In this document: piece by piece, positions 24,496 through 37,845 of the stretch
Position numbering within the stretch: position 1 is the first letter of the stretch
How the letters are laid out: every line of letters starts with the position of its first letter
Assembly: GCF_006345805.1 (NCBI RefSeq)
Contig: NC_043002.1
Span: 32,178,001-32,242,000 of the forward strand
Length of the DNA stretch: 64,000 bases
Reading direction: 5' to 3'
Source of the DNA: Octopus sinensis
Lineage: Eukaryota
Program-made: the position numbers and the translations under genes
Notes under the pieces: generated by a model
Database searches by the model: none
What the model saw: only the letters and a program-made list of their open reading frames with translations
Told to the model about the DNA's origin: nothing

Positions 24496-27378
24496 CTGAA
24501 ACTTGACACAATATTGCGTCGTCTGAATCATAACAATTTGAAACATCGCTTCAATGTATTCAATTTTGAAGTCTTGATTAAATATATGAAGCCCCTTTCG
24601 ACACATGGCTGGTCCAAGGGACGTGGAGCGATTTTAGCTAGTAATTAAAGGTAGATCATAGCTTATTCTCGCTGCATTATCCTGGCCCTGTGTGGCTATT
24701 AAACAAACTTATCCTATAGTACTTGCCTCATGGGTGTACATACTACTGTAGGTTAATTCTACAGCATTATTAAGTGAAGGACGTGTCAGGTCTGATTGGA
24801 CTCTAATACAATTTATTCAGTGTAAATATTTATAGTTTGATGAAGGGATTAAAATCAACATTGATAATCGTTCAGAAATCGAAACTGACATTGGTGAAAC
24901 TCAATTTCGTCATGTCCTCAACGTTTCTTATAATACTGCATCCATGTCTTGGGTGGTGCTTAAACTTTACACGCAGACGTCCTAAATCATACTCATAAAA
25001 ATTCCATTCGACTGATCGATATGAAGACATTTTCTTTATACTCCACCGTCTTGTCAGCCAACGTGTCCTGTTTGACACCGCTATTAAAGTTGTCTCTTCT
25101 CTTTGCACTCAAGGCTTCCCAGTTATCTTATGTGTGTGCTGTTCTATGTTGTCTTCTTCGTTCAGCACTAACCATTACACATCCCTGTCATATTTATTCT
25201 GTAATCGTTCAAAAAGAACAACAATAGCATCAATCTCACCGAGATCAAAGGCGCTACTCAGACCATTGCCTTAGTTACTGACTCCAGACAAAGACATAAA
25301 AGGAACCCCAGAATAGACAACATTTTGATTTTTGATGCATCTCATGTACGAAATTGAAAATCTACAGATATTTTTTTTTACTGTTCCTTAGGTCTTCCAA
25401 TAGAATCACCAACAATAGCTACAATGTCAACCTAACCATGATTATTTATAACGTAACTACAAGTCTTAACAATTTAGAGACAAGGAATAGTCGATTATAT
25501 CGACTCTTATAGTTGACTGGCAGTATATTTCGCCGACACGAACAGAATAAATTACTAAGTCGATTTCATTGAGATCTGAACAAAAAAATGCCAAAGTTAA
25601 AATACAGTAAGAAATTTTGTCTAACATTTTAACGATTCAGTTAATTCACCGTTCTTACTAATCAAACAATAAATATTTCTAAATGTTTCTGGATTAGGCA
25701 TAAGACTAGCAATTTTAAAAGGAGAAGATTATTCGATACTATTGACCACAGTGCTATTCTGATATTGTTTTACCGACTCCATGTGGAGGAAAGACAAAGT
25801 GTATCTCGGAGAGATTTGAACTCAGAACGTAACTAAAACACTGAAACTAAAAAGCCGCTAAGTATTTTTGTAATTCATACAAATCCAACAATAATAATAT
25901 CCACCTTCACCGTTATTTTACAAAATGTAGCAGCTGAGCCATACCGAACGGAATTTTCTTTCATTAGTAAGAAGACATATAGACTATAAATAAAGCATAA
26001 ATTACATTTGTTTACATTTTAGACAGGCGGTATACAGAGTGTTTTCAGTGTTCTTGCTACATTATGTCACATTATGAAGTTGTAGATAAATCTAGATAAA
26101 CTTCTTTTGAGTTATGTGATATTTCATTCAAGCGAGAGAAAATCTAGCTGTAACTTTGTTTCTAATGCAGAGCCAGATATCTCAGTGTAGTGGATTTCAA
26201 TCGATGTTAAACTATGTGTCGTGAATTTTCAAATGTAAAATTTAGGACTAAAGGAAATCCAACTAATTCTTCAGTATCATAAATTCCCTGTTGTACATAA
26301 TTTCGTTACACACAAAATAATTAATGAAACAAGGCAAGCAATAGGGTTCTGTATTTTTCTTCTAAACAGAATTTTTGTAACGAGAAAAAAAAATATATAT
26401 ATTTTGTGCGTCTTCTTTGTTACTCTTAAATATAATATTTAAACTTATTCCGCCATGTTTTAAGATTTATCTAGTAGTGATTATCTCCCTTAAAATAACT
26501 GCCGCTACAAACTCAATGTACCCAACGTTTACAAAGTTTGCTTTCTAAGTTTCCTCGTGAAGTTTGCAAACAAATTTTGTATCTGATCTCCAAGATACCA
26601 CCTTATTGGAGACTGGTTTAAGACCTTAAGAGAAGGAAACATAAATGAAATAATTTTATTTGTAATCTTTAGCAAAATCAGTTAAAAGATTGTATGTTCT
26701 TTAAGCCAACAGCTGAGAGCAGCGAATATTTTTAGGCCTTATTCTTCAATGATACATATTCTCTCTAGATGGCTAATTTCTTTGCCTTTTCTCTATCTTT
26801 CTAAGTTTCTCTTCCTGCGTTACTTTTTATCGCTTTATCTATCTACCTCAGCGCTGTTGTTTTTTCTCGATCCGCCTATTCATATTGTGGCTTTCTTTAT
26901 TTACTTTAGGTTTTCTAAATTTACCGACTTTTCTATCTTTTTGTTTAGCTATCTACCTAAATTTCTCATGGTGCCTCTATTTGCGTTTCACTTTAGCAAT
27001 CTTTCTAACACGTTTTGTGTACACCCTTATCTTTCTGTTTTTTTTCTCTACTTAGCCGTCTGTCGTTTTCTCTTTCTTTCACTGTTTGAATCCATTTTTC
27101 TATCGCCGAGTCTTTTTCAATCATCTTTACATCTTTGTGTCTAGCTGTCTACCTATTTATTCATTTATCCCCCGTGATGACTATATCCCTATTCCTACCT
27201 CTGTGATACCCTTTCCTTCTGTCACTTTCTCTCCCGCATTCTTTCGACTTACCGTTTACTCTTTCTCTCTCACCTTTTCACAAATCACCATCAAGACTTC
27301 TTGCTGTCATGAACTGACCATTCATCTAACCGGTCGCTTTTTGCAGCTGTTAATTTGTCAACATTTAGAATATTTTGC

Positions 27379-27689
27379 GTAGGCGTGCTGCGTGGTAAGA
27401 AGTCTGCTTCCCAACAATATAGGTCCGACCTAACTAAAACCTTTTAAGAGGATTTGGTAGGGGAAAACTGAAAGCCTGTTGTGTGTGCGTGTGTGTGTAT
27501 CGGTATGGGTGTATGGTAAGGGGCTTGTTTCCCAACCACATGATTCCAAGTTCAGTCCCACTGCATGATATCTTGGACAAGTGTCTTCTATTATAGCCTT
27601 GCGCCAATCAAAGCCTTATGAGAGGATTTGGTAAACTGAAACTGAAAGAAACCTGTCGTGAACACACACACACACACACACACACACAT

Positions 27690-27725
<36 letters not shown>

Positions 27726-27955
27726 CATATGTACACGCACACATGTATTTGTGTGTCTGTATTTGTCCCCCCCCACCATCGCTTGACAACGGATATTGGT
27801 GTGTTTACGTCCCCTTAACTTATCGGTACAGCAAAAGTGACCGATAGAATAAGAACTAGGCTTATAAAAAATAAATCCTGAGGTTGATTTGTTCGACCAA
27901 AGGCGGTGCTCCATCATGACCGCAGTCAAATGACTTAAACAAGTGAAAGAATGAT
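27379..27955 (+). mobile_element. SINE family B copy with a partially duplicated head and a (CA)/(TA) linker
   Basis: Two head-like segments (27379-27480, 27500-27660), microsatellite linker, tail ending aaacaagtgaaaga. Confidence 0.8.
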
Positions 27956-28027
27956 AGAATATGTGTGTGCGTGTGTGTGTATGTGTGCGTGTGTGCGCGC
28001 GTATATATATACACATACATACATACA

Positions 28028-28063
<36 letters not shown>

Positions 28064-28871
28064 TATATATCAAATAGATTTCTTATAAAACTATTCCAGA
28101 CAAACAAAAACAGCCATACCAACAATCGAATATACCTCCATCATCAGCTGCCCCACGGATATCACTATGGTTTCGACACCTGGGAAGTACCATTCAATCC
28201 GGTGATCTCAGCATCACATAGCATATATATCACCACATTAATTCAATCTTAATTCTAGGAAAGGATTAAATACTAATACTATTCATTAAGTTACGACAAA
28301 GAAACACATTTAACCTATTTACAAAATCAGTATCGGTAATTTCAATAAGTAAACCTATAACTAACTCCTAAATTATCTAAAAAAATAACAACCTAGCCCT
28401 TGAAGTACATGCAGATAATATTCCCACCAGTCTTCCATAGTTATTAATATAAAAGTGATGCACACACATACACACATGCTTATGTGATTGTTTTGTGTTC
28501 GTTCCCCTCCCACCGCTTGACAACTAGTATTGATTTGTTTAATTTGTTTACGTTTCCGAAATTTGGAATGATAGAATGAGTACTAGGCTTAGAAAAAGAA
28601 ATACTGGGGTCGAATCGTTCGACTAAACCCTTCAATGTGGTCCTCCGGCATGGCCGTAGTGTAACGACTGGAAGACGATAAATGAAAACAGGTTGAAAGG
28701 CACACTGTCCATAGAATATACATAGAGTGAACTTTTGTCACAAACAAAAAAGACGTTGATGAATTATTTTTATTTCCCCGTCCTCCTCGCAATTCGTCTT
28801 TCAACTTTTATTCTGCTCTTCTTCATTGTGTGTTGATCGTGTGCCGTTGTGTATATTGGGTTGAAGAATTA

Positions 28872-29036
28872 TTTATTTCTTTATTGTCCACAGGAGGCTA
28901 AACATAGAAGGGACAAACAAGGACTGACAAAGGGATTAAGTCGTTTACATCGACTCCAGTTCGAAAGTGGTACTCATTTAATCGACCCCGAAAGGATGAA
29001 AGGCAAAGCCGACCTCGGCGGAATTTGAACTCAATG

Positions 29037-29040
<4 letters not shown>
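28872..29040 (-). mobile_element. SINE family C, 5'-truncated
   Basis: tttctttattg.ccacagga.gctaaacataga.gggacaaacaagga...cgaccccgaaaggatgaaaggcaaag.cgacctcggcggaatttgaactca. Confidence 0.85.
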
Positions 29041-29085
<45 letters not shown>

Positions 29086-29317
29086 CCATTGAGGCTATTC
29101 AAACCTCTTAGAGAGATATTTTCCCAAAATATACAGGATTAATGTATCAAATGTTAAAGATATAATTCTTCAATGAATATATTATATAGAATATCATAAG
29201 ATATCAAACATTTGTATGGAGTTAGAACGTAGAGAGATCAAAATGATACAAATTAATTTATTAATTAATGAACAACTGTTGGTGAATGTGTTGATTAATT
29301 AATAAATTAATTCGTAG

Positions 29318-29510
29318 CCATCGCCATGATAGATCGCTAGCCATTACACATTCTTTATTTTCTCTCATTGTTTCTTTCTATGTTCCGTTCTGTGTAAGAG
29401 CGTCGTAGGCTCGAAACGTTAAAGACTTTTTCACTTCCCGAGTGTTATACACCCTGTTGTCTACACCACATGTCATCGTCTTTTGTTCTTTTTTTTTTGT
29501 GAATTCTTAC
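29318..29510 (+). mobile_element. (TA)n-abutting repeat with a decayed hammerhead core (same family as 14194-14393)
   Basis: GTT-CTGTGTA-A-GAGC-gtcgtag-GCTC-GAAA-CG-TT-AAAGAC. The 3' end joins (TA)n. Confidence 0.55.
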
Positions 29511-29546
<36 letters not shown>

Positions 29547-30181
29547 CGTGTGTGTATGTGTGTGTGTACATATATGTATGTAAATCTATATATGCAGTTA
29601 CATGATGTTAATGTATTTTTGCTTTAAGAATTAGTCACATCTGGAAGGGATTTTTTATCTTCTAATTGCATGCGTAATCTCTATCAGTTAAAATTACATG
29701 TAAGACAAACATCACCGTATGGTTCGTTTTGGTATATGGGTAAAAGGTGAAATAATCATCGGATTTGCTTTGCTTCGCGCTGAAACTGCAGGAGCTCCGT
29801 AGGGATTTTGCAAGTTCTTTTCAATTTCGGAAATTTCTCATATCATCATTTATTACAGGGTCGCAAGTGTTTCGCCCCGTAGCTTGAACTCATAGACTGA
29901 GTGGGGCAGCGACGACCTAATTTACCTTCACCTGCGGAAGGGTTCCCCCACCGGCGATCTCTTATCGAGCATAGTGAGCATGAGCTGGTTTCAATGGCAT
30001 TCCTATCTACTCCATCGCTTTCTTCTGCAACAGAGAACACCCAGATCTATTTAGAAAGCTGCATCAGCCAACTTCAATATAACTTCTGTTTAATTTACTA
30101 TTCTCCCTTAGAGAAATGATGTATAAGTGACAAAGTGGATGAGTTACCACTCAGTTCGACGGTTCAGCGATTTATTAGAGT

Positions 30182-30770
<589 letters not shown>

Positions 30771-30789
30771 CTTTAATTTGAGAAACTAG

Positions 30790-31123
30790 GGGTCTGGGTC
30801 TCCATAGGTTATGATGAAGAATGTTCTAGTTCATGCGACCAATCAAACAGTGTGATCGTGAAATTAACGTGCAAGTGATTGAGCACTCGACAGGCACATG
30901 TACCCTTAACGTAGTTCTCAGGGAGATTTATCGCGACACTGAATGTGACAAGATTGGCCCTTTGAATTACAGGTACAACTAATTTTTGCCAGCTGAGTGG
31001 AGCGGGGTAGAGCAAAGTGAAATAAAGTGTTTAGTTCGAGGACACAACACGTCGCCGGTTATCGAACTTACGACATTACGATCGTGATCCGAATATCTTA
31101 GTCACTAAGCCATTCGCCCTCAC
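30790..31123 (-). mobile_element. tRNA SINE: CORE-like head joined to the family-A 3' tail
   Basis: Minus strand has A/B boxes, then gtgttgtgtcctcgaactaaacactttatttcac, then the family-A tail gttgtacctgta.ttcaaa.gggcc...gagaactacgttaagggtaca.gtg.ctgt.gagtgctca...gcacgttaatttcacga. Confidence 0.75.
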
Positions 31124-31304
31124 GAAGAAATTTGTGAAATATTATGGAATCGCAGAATAGTCTGTTACTTTCAAGCCTTAGCTTCAGATAATCGAAACTT
31201 GTTTTCATTCATCATTGTTATACCCACTGTGAGATTTACATCTTAGTTTAACAACAGACAAAGGGAAGACAAACAATGAACCTCTAGCATGTTATGGCTC
31301 AGAT

Positions 31305-31612
31305 GTGGAGGCACATGGCCTAGTGGTTAGAGCAGCGGATTCGCGGTCGAGGGATCGTGGGTTCGAATCTCAGACCGGGCGATGTGTGTGTTTATGAGCG
31401 AAACACCTAAGCTCCACGCGGCTCCAGCAAATGGTAATGGCGAACTTCTGCTGACTCGTTCGACACCACTTTCTCTCACTCTTTCCCCTGCATCTTGCAG
31501 CTCACCTGCGACGGACCGGCGTCCCGTCCAGGTGGGGAACCTATACGCCAAGGAAACCGGGAAACCGGCCCTTATAAGCCAGGCATGGCTTCAGAAGGAA
31601 CAAGCATGGCTC
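31305..31612 (+). mobile_element. tRNA SINE: family-A-type head with a different (V-domain-like) 3' part
   Basis: gtggaggcacatggcctagtggttagagcagcgga...gggttcgaatctcagaccgggcg, then cacctgcgacggaccggcgtcccgtccagg...gaaaccgggaaaccggccc. Confidence 0.75.
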
Positions 31613-31693
31613 AGATAATAATTTGGTTTATACTTTGGAATACACATAAGATGTCTTCTTTGAATTTTCAATTGAATAGTATATAGATTACTA

Positions 31694-31893
31694 TTGGGTT
31701 GTCCGGAAAGTTCGTGCCGATTAATAGTAGCTTATGTTTCGACTTATTTTAGAACATGGTTGAGTCCATAAAATAGGATTTGACTACTCCTCCATTTAGA
31801 GCACATTTTAAGCTATCTTTTCGTGGAAGAAGGTTTATGTTCCTATAACCTGTGTTAATTCTGTAACCCTTTAAAATGGAAGATAAGAAAGTT
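31694..31893 (+). mobile_element. Left end of a mariner element (TIR plus 5' region to MEDKK), truncated
   Basis: TA|TTGGGTTGTCCGGAAAGTTCGTGCCGATT..., near-identical to 35812-36010. Confidence 0.85.
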
Positions 31894-32164
31894 ATTCGAA
31901 TACTTTTTTTGTTTACACTTTCTTTATAACTACCACCCCAAACGTTTTACCTTAAATTTTTGATGTGCCCTAAGGGTCCTCGGACGCTACTTGCAAACTC
32001 TTGGTTTATTATAAACCGCTTTTGTCGTGTGCACCAAAAAAACCTTTTCCATTCGTTTGTTCAGTTTGGTCACTTTTGACTTTTTCGTTGTCACTCACAT
32101 TGCTGCCCGCTTTTTTGCCGTTTTTGTACATTTTTATACATTTTGGGATACTTACCCCACGTGT

Positions 32165-32444
32165 TCTGAGAGTTAAAAAGGTCGAGTTGCGTCCCCTAGA
32201 CAGTCTGTAGAAAATGTGTTGCATATAAAAGGCTTAGATTCTCGACCCATGTCGAATTTATCGATTTTTTTCAGAACTGGGGGGAGTTTTCAAAATTTTC
32301 GCTGCGTTAGTTTTGAATTATGACATTGGGCTATGTGTGTGTCAAGTTTCATCAGAATCGGTTGAAAGCCGTGGTCAGGGTGAGGGTACAACCTGACAGA
32401 CACACAGACACACAGACAGACAAACTGCCTCTTATATATAGAGA
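32165..32444 (-). mobile_element. Non-autonomous Helitron, 5' portion (homologue of 4064-4434)
   Basis: Minus strand begins TCTCTATATATAAGAGGCAGTTTGTCTG and aligns with the 4064 copy for about 280 bp, then diverges. No CTAG end seen. Confidence 0.8.
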
Positions 32445-33049
32445 AGATTTCAGAATATCTTTAGAAGAAGGAAAAGGAAGGAGACTAAAGAAGACCAGCA
32501 GAGGAGAGGAGGCTGATCTGTAGAAGAAGAAGAAGAAGAAGGAGGAGGAGGAGGAGGAGGAGAAGGCGGAGGAAGAGAAGAAGGAGGAGGAAGAGAAGAA
32601 GCAGAAGCGGTCCTTACCCTATAACTAAACGAATGGGCATGGTGTATATGTAAACTTTTAAAAGAATTTCTTTTAACGCATCGTTTCGTCTCCCTGCCAT
32701 CTACTGGTGTTACGTTGGCTCTAGAAACTAATTCTTTCGTCATACAGTTTTCTCTTACAGATAGGGTCAGTTAAATTTATTCAATTACATTTAGTTTGTA
32801 CGGATTGGATAGTGTTTCTTCTATTATGGACTAGGAAACGCCCCCCCACCCCCCGTCCCCTAGACGGTGTAAGTTCGTAATAGAACAAGAGTCTAAAATA
32901 GTGTAATTATGCTTCTGTCTATGCTTAAAACTAAGGGTTATTTGACATAGTTGAGACTTTAAATCAAAAATAAGTGGCTCCAAATTTCTCAAGAGTATAA
33001 TAGGACAATCAAGTTCATACGGTGGCAATCTCGATGGTTCTTGTGAATT

Positions 33050-33500
33050 TAAAAATCTCTCCACTTTGGCGAACTTTGGCAAGAAGGAAGTGGAGGAGAA
33101 ATGTCTCAATGTGCCACCTGGTGCATCAAGGAAAAGGATATCACTGGTGGTGTCTTCAAGCATTGTCTAAATAGAATTATAAACAACAGCTAGTTCAGGA
33201 TTCAAAAGTGTTTTTCTTTCTTCAACGTAGGATAGAAGCCTGGCAGTGTCATAGCATGTCTCTCTTAGTAAGTGCCGGTTACAAAGCGCTTCTTTTTCTC
33301 TGTAAGTGGATTCGACACAGTAGTTGTTCAAGGGACGACCACCCATTTCCAAAATGGTATCTTCTAGGAGTATGAGGCCACAGTTGTACATTGCAGGTGT
33401 AAACTGTAAAGTCATGTCTGTTGATACGTAGCGAGATGGCATAAGGATGTCCAAGCACATGCTGCAGCAATATTTCTCCCAGAAAGATTGGGGATTCGCA
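33050..33500 (-). pseudogene. Helitron RepHel fragment (Pif1-family helicase, Walker A region)
   Basis: Translation ...ANPQSFWEKYCCSMCLDIL...YNCGLILLED...CYDTARLLSYVEERKTLLNPELAVVYNSI*...FLDAPGGT, then after a frameshift TFLLHFLLAKVRQSGEI. Matches Helitron FLDAPGGTGKTFLxxxLLAKVR. Confidence 0.85.
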
Positions 33501-33544
33501 AGACTACAGTACACAAGCATAACGGCGAAAAGTTTACGAAGAGC

Positions 33545-33745
33545 AGAAACATTAGCTCGCCGGGCGAAATGCTTAGCAGCATTTCATTTGTCTTTACGTT
33601 CTGACTTCAAATTCCACGGGGTCGACTTTGCCTTTTATCCTTTTGGGGTCGATACATTAAGTAGCAGATGCGTAATGGGGTCGATCTAATCGACTGGGCC
33701 CCTTCCCCAAAAAATCGGGCCTTGTGCCAATAGTAGAAAAGAATA
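33545..33745 (+). mobile_element. SINE family C
   Basis: ttagctcgccgggcgaaatgcttagcagcatttc...ggggtcgactttgcctttt.atcctttt.ggggtcgat...ccttgtgccaatagtagaaa. Confidence 0.8.
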
Positions 33746-34053
33746 AGGGATAGCAAATTTCCAATTTTAAATCGAAAATTTAGACGTAATAAACACGCAA
33801 TACAGCTTGGACGTAACTTCAGAAATTTACAAGTATTCTATTATGAGATTTATGGTATCTATGTGAAATGGGGACGTGTGTGATTGTTCACGTTAAAAAG
33901 TGGTTTGATTTATTTGTACTTATATTAATTCTGTAAGAAGATTTCTATCATATATCCAAGTCTTCGTGTATTGCATTGCTTTGGTGTGGACTGTTCTATG
34001 CACTTCACATTGTTATGAAACGAGGTTCTGTCGTTGTGTAGAGTACATTTTTG

Positions 34054-34460
34054 AAGGAGTGGCTGTGTGGTAAGTAGCTTGCTTACGAACCACATGGTTC
34101 CAGGTTCAGTCCCACTTCGTGGCAACTTGGGCAAGTGTTTTCTACTATAGCCTCGGGCCGACCAAAGTCTTGTGAGTGGATTTGGTAGACGGAAACTGAA
34201 AGAAGCCCGTCGTATATATGTAAATATAGATATATGTATGTGTGTATATGTTTGTACGTCTGTGTTTGTCCCCCCAACATCACTTGACAACCGATGTTGG
34301 TGTGTTTACATCCCCGTAACATAGCGGTTCGGCAAAAGAAACCGATCGAATAAGTACTAGGCTTACAAAGAATAAGGCCTGGGATCGATTTGTTCGACTA
34401 AAGGTGGTGCTCCAGCATGGCCACAGTCACATGACTGAAACAAGTAAAAGAGTAAAAGAG
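34054..34460 (+). mobile_element. SINE family B, full-length reference copy
   Basis: tRNA-like head, CORE-like cttgggcaagtgt.ttctactatagcc block, short (TA/TG) linker, tail ending (GTAAAAGA)2. Confidence 0.9.
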
Positions 34461-34749
34461 TATCTAATAAAAAATTTCATATACAACTATTAATGTTAAT
34501 TGTAATATGCTTCATATTTGCGATCGATTTCCATAAATTGCTCCTTCACTATGTTTTCGAAAGAGGTTGTATTTCCCTCTGTTGTGATTTAATGTTATAT
34601 CTAGAAAATTTACCATTTACAGGTTTGTATTTTTAACATGGATTCTTTTAGGTCTGTCCACACTCGGACTAGTCATGGCGACTTCATGAACACTGTAGTT
34701 TTATATTGGTGAATTTCATTGCTTTTCGTTCTGTGTAGTATATATATAT

Positions 34750-35132
34750 GTGGAGGCGCAATGGCCCAGTGGTTAGGGCAGCGGACTCGCGATCGTAGGA
34801 TCGCGGTTTCGATTCCCAGACCGGGCGTTGTGAGTGTTTATTGAGCGAAAACACCTAAAGCTCCACGAAGTTCCGACAGGGATGGTGGTGATCCCTGCTG
34901 TACTCTTTCACCACAACTTTCTCTCACTCTTACTTCCTGTTTCTGTTGTACCTGTATTTCAAAGGGCCGGCCTTGTCACTCTCTGTGTCACGCTGAATAT
35001 CCCCGAGAACTACGTTAAGGGTACACGTGTCTGTGGAGTGCTCAGCCACTTACACGTTAATTTCACGAGCAGGCTGTTCCGTTGATCGGATCAACCGGAA
35101 CCCTCATCGTCGTAACCGACGGAGTGCTTCCA
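34750..35132 (+). mobile_element. tRNA-derived SINE family A, full length
   Basis: A-box tggcccagtggttagg, B-box ggtttcgattccc. About 8 differences from the copy at 47834. Confidence 0.9.
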
Positions 35133-35134
35133 TA

Positions 35135-35183
<49 letters not shown>

Positions 35184-35811
35184 TAAGTCGATTAGATCTG
35201 ATATTAATAGCTATTTATTGATTCATCGCACAGTTCTTTTCCGTACTACTCAGAAAGTACAGCCAGGCTGTAACAATTTTCTTTCTTTTTTCTTTCAATA
35301 TCATATTAATATCTCTTAGTTATGATTATTAATGTAATTGTTGTGAAGTTTGAAATTCTCATTGGAAGATTTTTAGAAAAGGATGGATAGCATTCTACAA
35401 TGTCTAATTTGGTAAAGATGACGTTAGATATAAGTTGGATGCTATTGTGGATACCTGTATCATTACTTACATCAGTGGCGCGTAATTTGAAATTATCTCA
35501 TCATCATGAAGAGAAATTATATCCATTAAGTTATCTCTTCTATCAACAAAACGATGAATAAATATTTAATATTCGAAGTTAAATTTATCAAATTTATCCT
35601 TATTTGTGAGCGACTTAATCATCCAGTCACACTCAGTCATACACACACCAAAAACGAAAAGGAAAAAAAAAACAAAAGAGATGAAGCGAGTTGTCTCCTC
35701 TTATGTTGCCTCCCAAAGAACGACTATGCCGTCAAGTATTATTAGTTACTTTTGTACCTGAAATATACGTTATTGTTGCTCCAATTTTTTGTTGTGCTTG
35801 TTGTTATTGTA

Positions 35812-36337
35812 TTGGGTTGTCCGGAATGTTCGTGCCGATTTATAGTAGCTTATGTTTCGACTTATTTTAGAACATGGGTGAGTTCATAAAATAAGATTTG
35901 ACTACACCTCCATTTAGAGCACAGTTTAAGCTATCTTCGTGGAAGAAGGTTTATGTTCCTATAACTTGTATTAATTTTGTAACTCTTTAAAATGGAAGAT
36001 AAGAAAGTTCATTTTCGGCACTTGATGCATTGGGAACCAGACAAAAATTGCTGCAGCTCGGCTGGGATGTGTTACCCCACCATACATATTCACCAGATAT
36101 TGCTCCTTCGGATTTCCACTTATTCAGGTCTCTGCAGAATAGTCTTAATGGTAAAAATTTCAATTCCTTGGATGGCGTAAAAAGATACCTTGATGAATTG
36201 TTTGCCATGAAACCACCTCAATTCTAGGAAGGGGATATTTTCAAGTTAAAGGAAAGATGGGGACGCATTGTGCAACAAAATGGTTCACATTTGGTTGATT
36301 CCTTTAAAAATCGGCATGAACTTTCCGGACAACCCAA
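35812..36337 (+). mobile_element. Internally deleted mariner element with both TIRs and TA target duplication
   Basis: TIRs TTGGGTTGTCCGGAATGTTCGTGCCGATTT / AAATCGGCATGAACTTTCCGGACAACCCAA, flanked by TA. N-terminal MEDKKVHFRHLM is fused to C-terminal LGWDVLPHHTYSPDIAPSDFHLFRSLQN...ERW (mariner YSPDLAPSD motif). Confidence 0.92.
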
Positions 36338-36929
36338 TACTATAGTCATTACTGTTAGTGGTGACGGTGGTAGAGATGTTGTACCTTTGACATTGTTGAT
36401 ACAAAACTGCAAAAGAAATTTTGTCACTCACATATGTGAATTTGTGAAAGCGTCTGCATATTTCGCCAATGTTTGTGTATGTGTGTCAAAATTTCACTTT
36501 CTGCTGTATGCTTTTAGTACATTTGTGTGTATGTTTTTACGTCACAACCGTTTTCCGTACATATAATTACCAAACGAATGAAGATTGCACTTCACAATAG
36601 TATATGATGAACATTTAATCGGAGCAGAAATATATTCAAATTCCGAAGAGACTCACATTCGGGTTGTATATTATATTAAAGTCTATAATATGTAATATAG
36701 CACTGTTCATAAGAGAGAATCAAGTGTTGGAAGCTTAGTATGTTGATCATTGACAGAAAGGATGAGGGATTTAATGATGAGAGATGGAAGTAAAATAATC
36801 TAATTCTTTTATTACCTTGACTCGGTTAAACTAATTGTATTGCTATATTTTAGGCTATAAATTCCCATATGAAACGAAATTCCTTTAATGTATGTTTCTT
36901 CTCAACTTCAGCAATAACAGTGATGAGTC

Positions 36930-36972
<43 letters not shown>

Positions 36973-37708
36973 CATAAATGCATAAGTGTATCCATGTACA
37001 TAATATATATATATATTTGAGGTGACTGTTCAATACTGTTTTCTTCCTCCGTCCATCTCTAATTCCCTTTTTTCTCCTCCTCGCACTTTCACCATTTTCT
37101 ACCTGTCTCTCTCTCGCCCTTTCTCTTTCTCTTTCTCTCTCTTTCTCGTTGCTCACACGCAACCATCGTCCGTCTTTCTTTTCCTCACGTGACCATCTTT
37201 CTCTTCCTGCACGGACCTTCAAAGGATTGGACGTTTCCTTTCTCTCTCTTCTATCTTTTCTCTTTTCACAGAAAATAATTCTCCCAGCGTTCACTATTTT
37301 CCTTTCGTTCTGCTCTAAAGACCCTCCATTTTTTATTTCGTTCGGCTTCCTTGTATGTTTCCATTGTCCTGTTTTGTTCCCTTCTTTGATCATCCAGAAT
37401 TCCTGAATTCTATTTTAGAATTTGTGGTAGCAACTGTCTCTGAAGACTCATATTGAATGCTCGAAATAAGTAGAAGATAGACAGCCGACAACTGATGAAG
37501 AATCATTCCCTGTGTTTACTTGTCCAGTTTTCTATTTTTCTCTCGTTTTTGTTTTGTATTTAACTGGTTTGTATTCACATTTCATGTTGTTTACACAGCT
37601 GGTGACGTCCTGTACTCGTAAAAACACACACACACACACGTATGTATGTATGCTTGTATGTATGTATGTATGTATGTATGTATGTATGGATGTAGGTATG
37701 TATGTATG

Positions 37709-37744
<36 letters not shown>

Positions 37745-37748
<4 letters not shown>

Positions 37749-37845
37749 TGGTGAGGGCTGAAAAGTTCCTGGTTTTAAGGGTGTCGCGAAAGACCAGGTT
37801 GGAGGCCTAACATTCCGAGTTCTTTTACAGGGCCTTGAAAAACTG
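37745..37845 (+). mobile_element. Short mariner-derived fragment
   Basis: gag...gctgaaaagttcctgg (mariner-type TIR start), followed by ttcttttacagggccttgaaaaactg (mariner-like C-terminal region). Confidence 0.4.

Noticed and set aside
24872-25108. 78-aa non-repetitive minus-strand ORF
   Set aside because: No recognisable motif or clear splice sites.
34750-34825. tRNA-gene-like sequences (also at 31305, 39688, 47834, 53559)
   Set aside because: They are SINE heads: A/B boxes continue into shared SINE bodies with TSDs and lack a proper acceptor stem.
34834-35085. Recurrent 80-aa ORF MFIERKHLKLH... (also at 39766 and 47917)
   Set aside because: It recurs only because it lies in SINE family A. 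Non-ATG start and no coding evidence.
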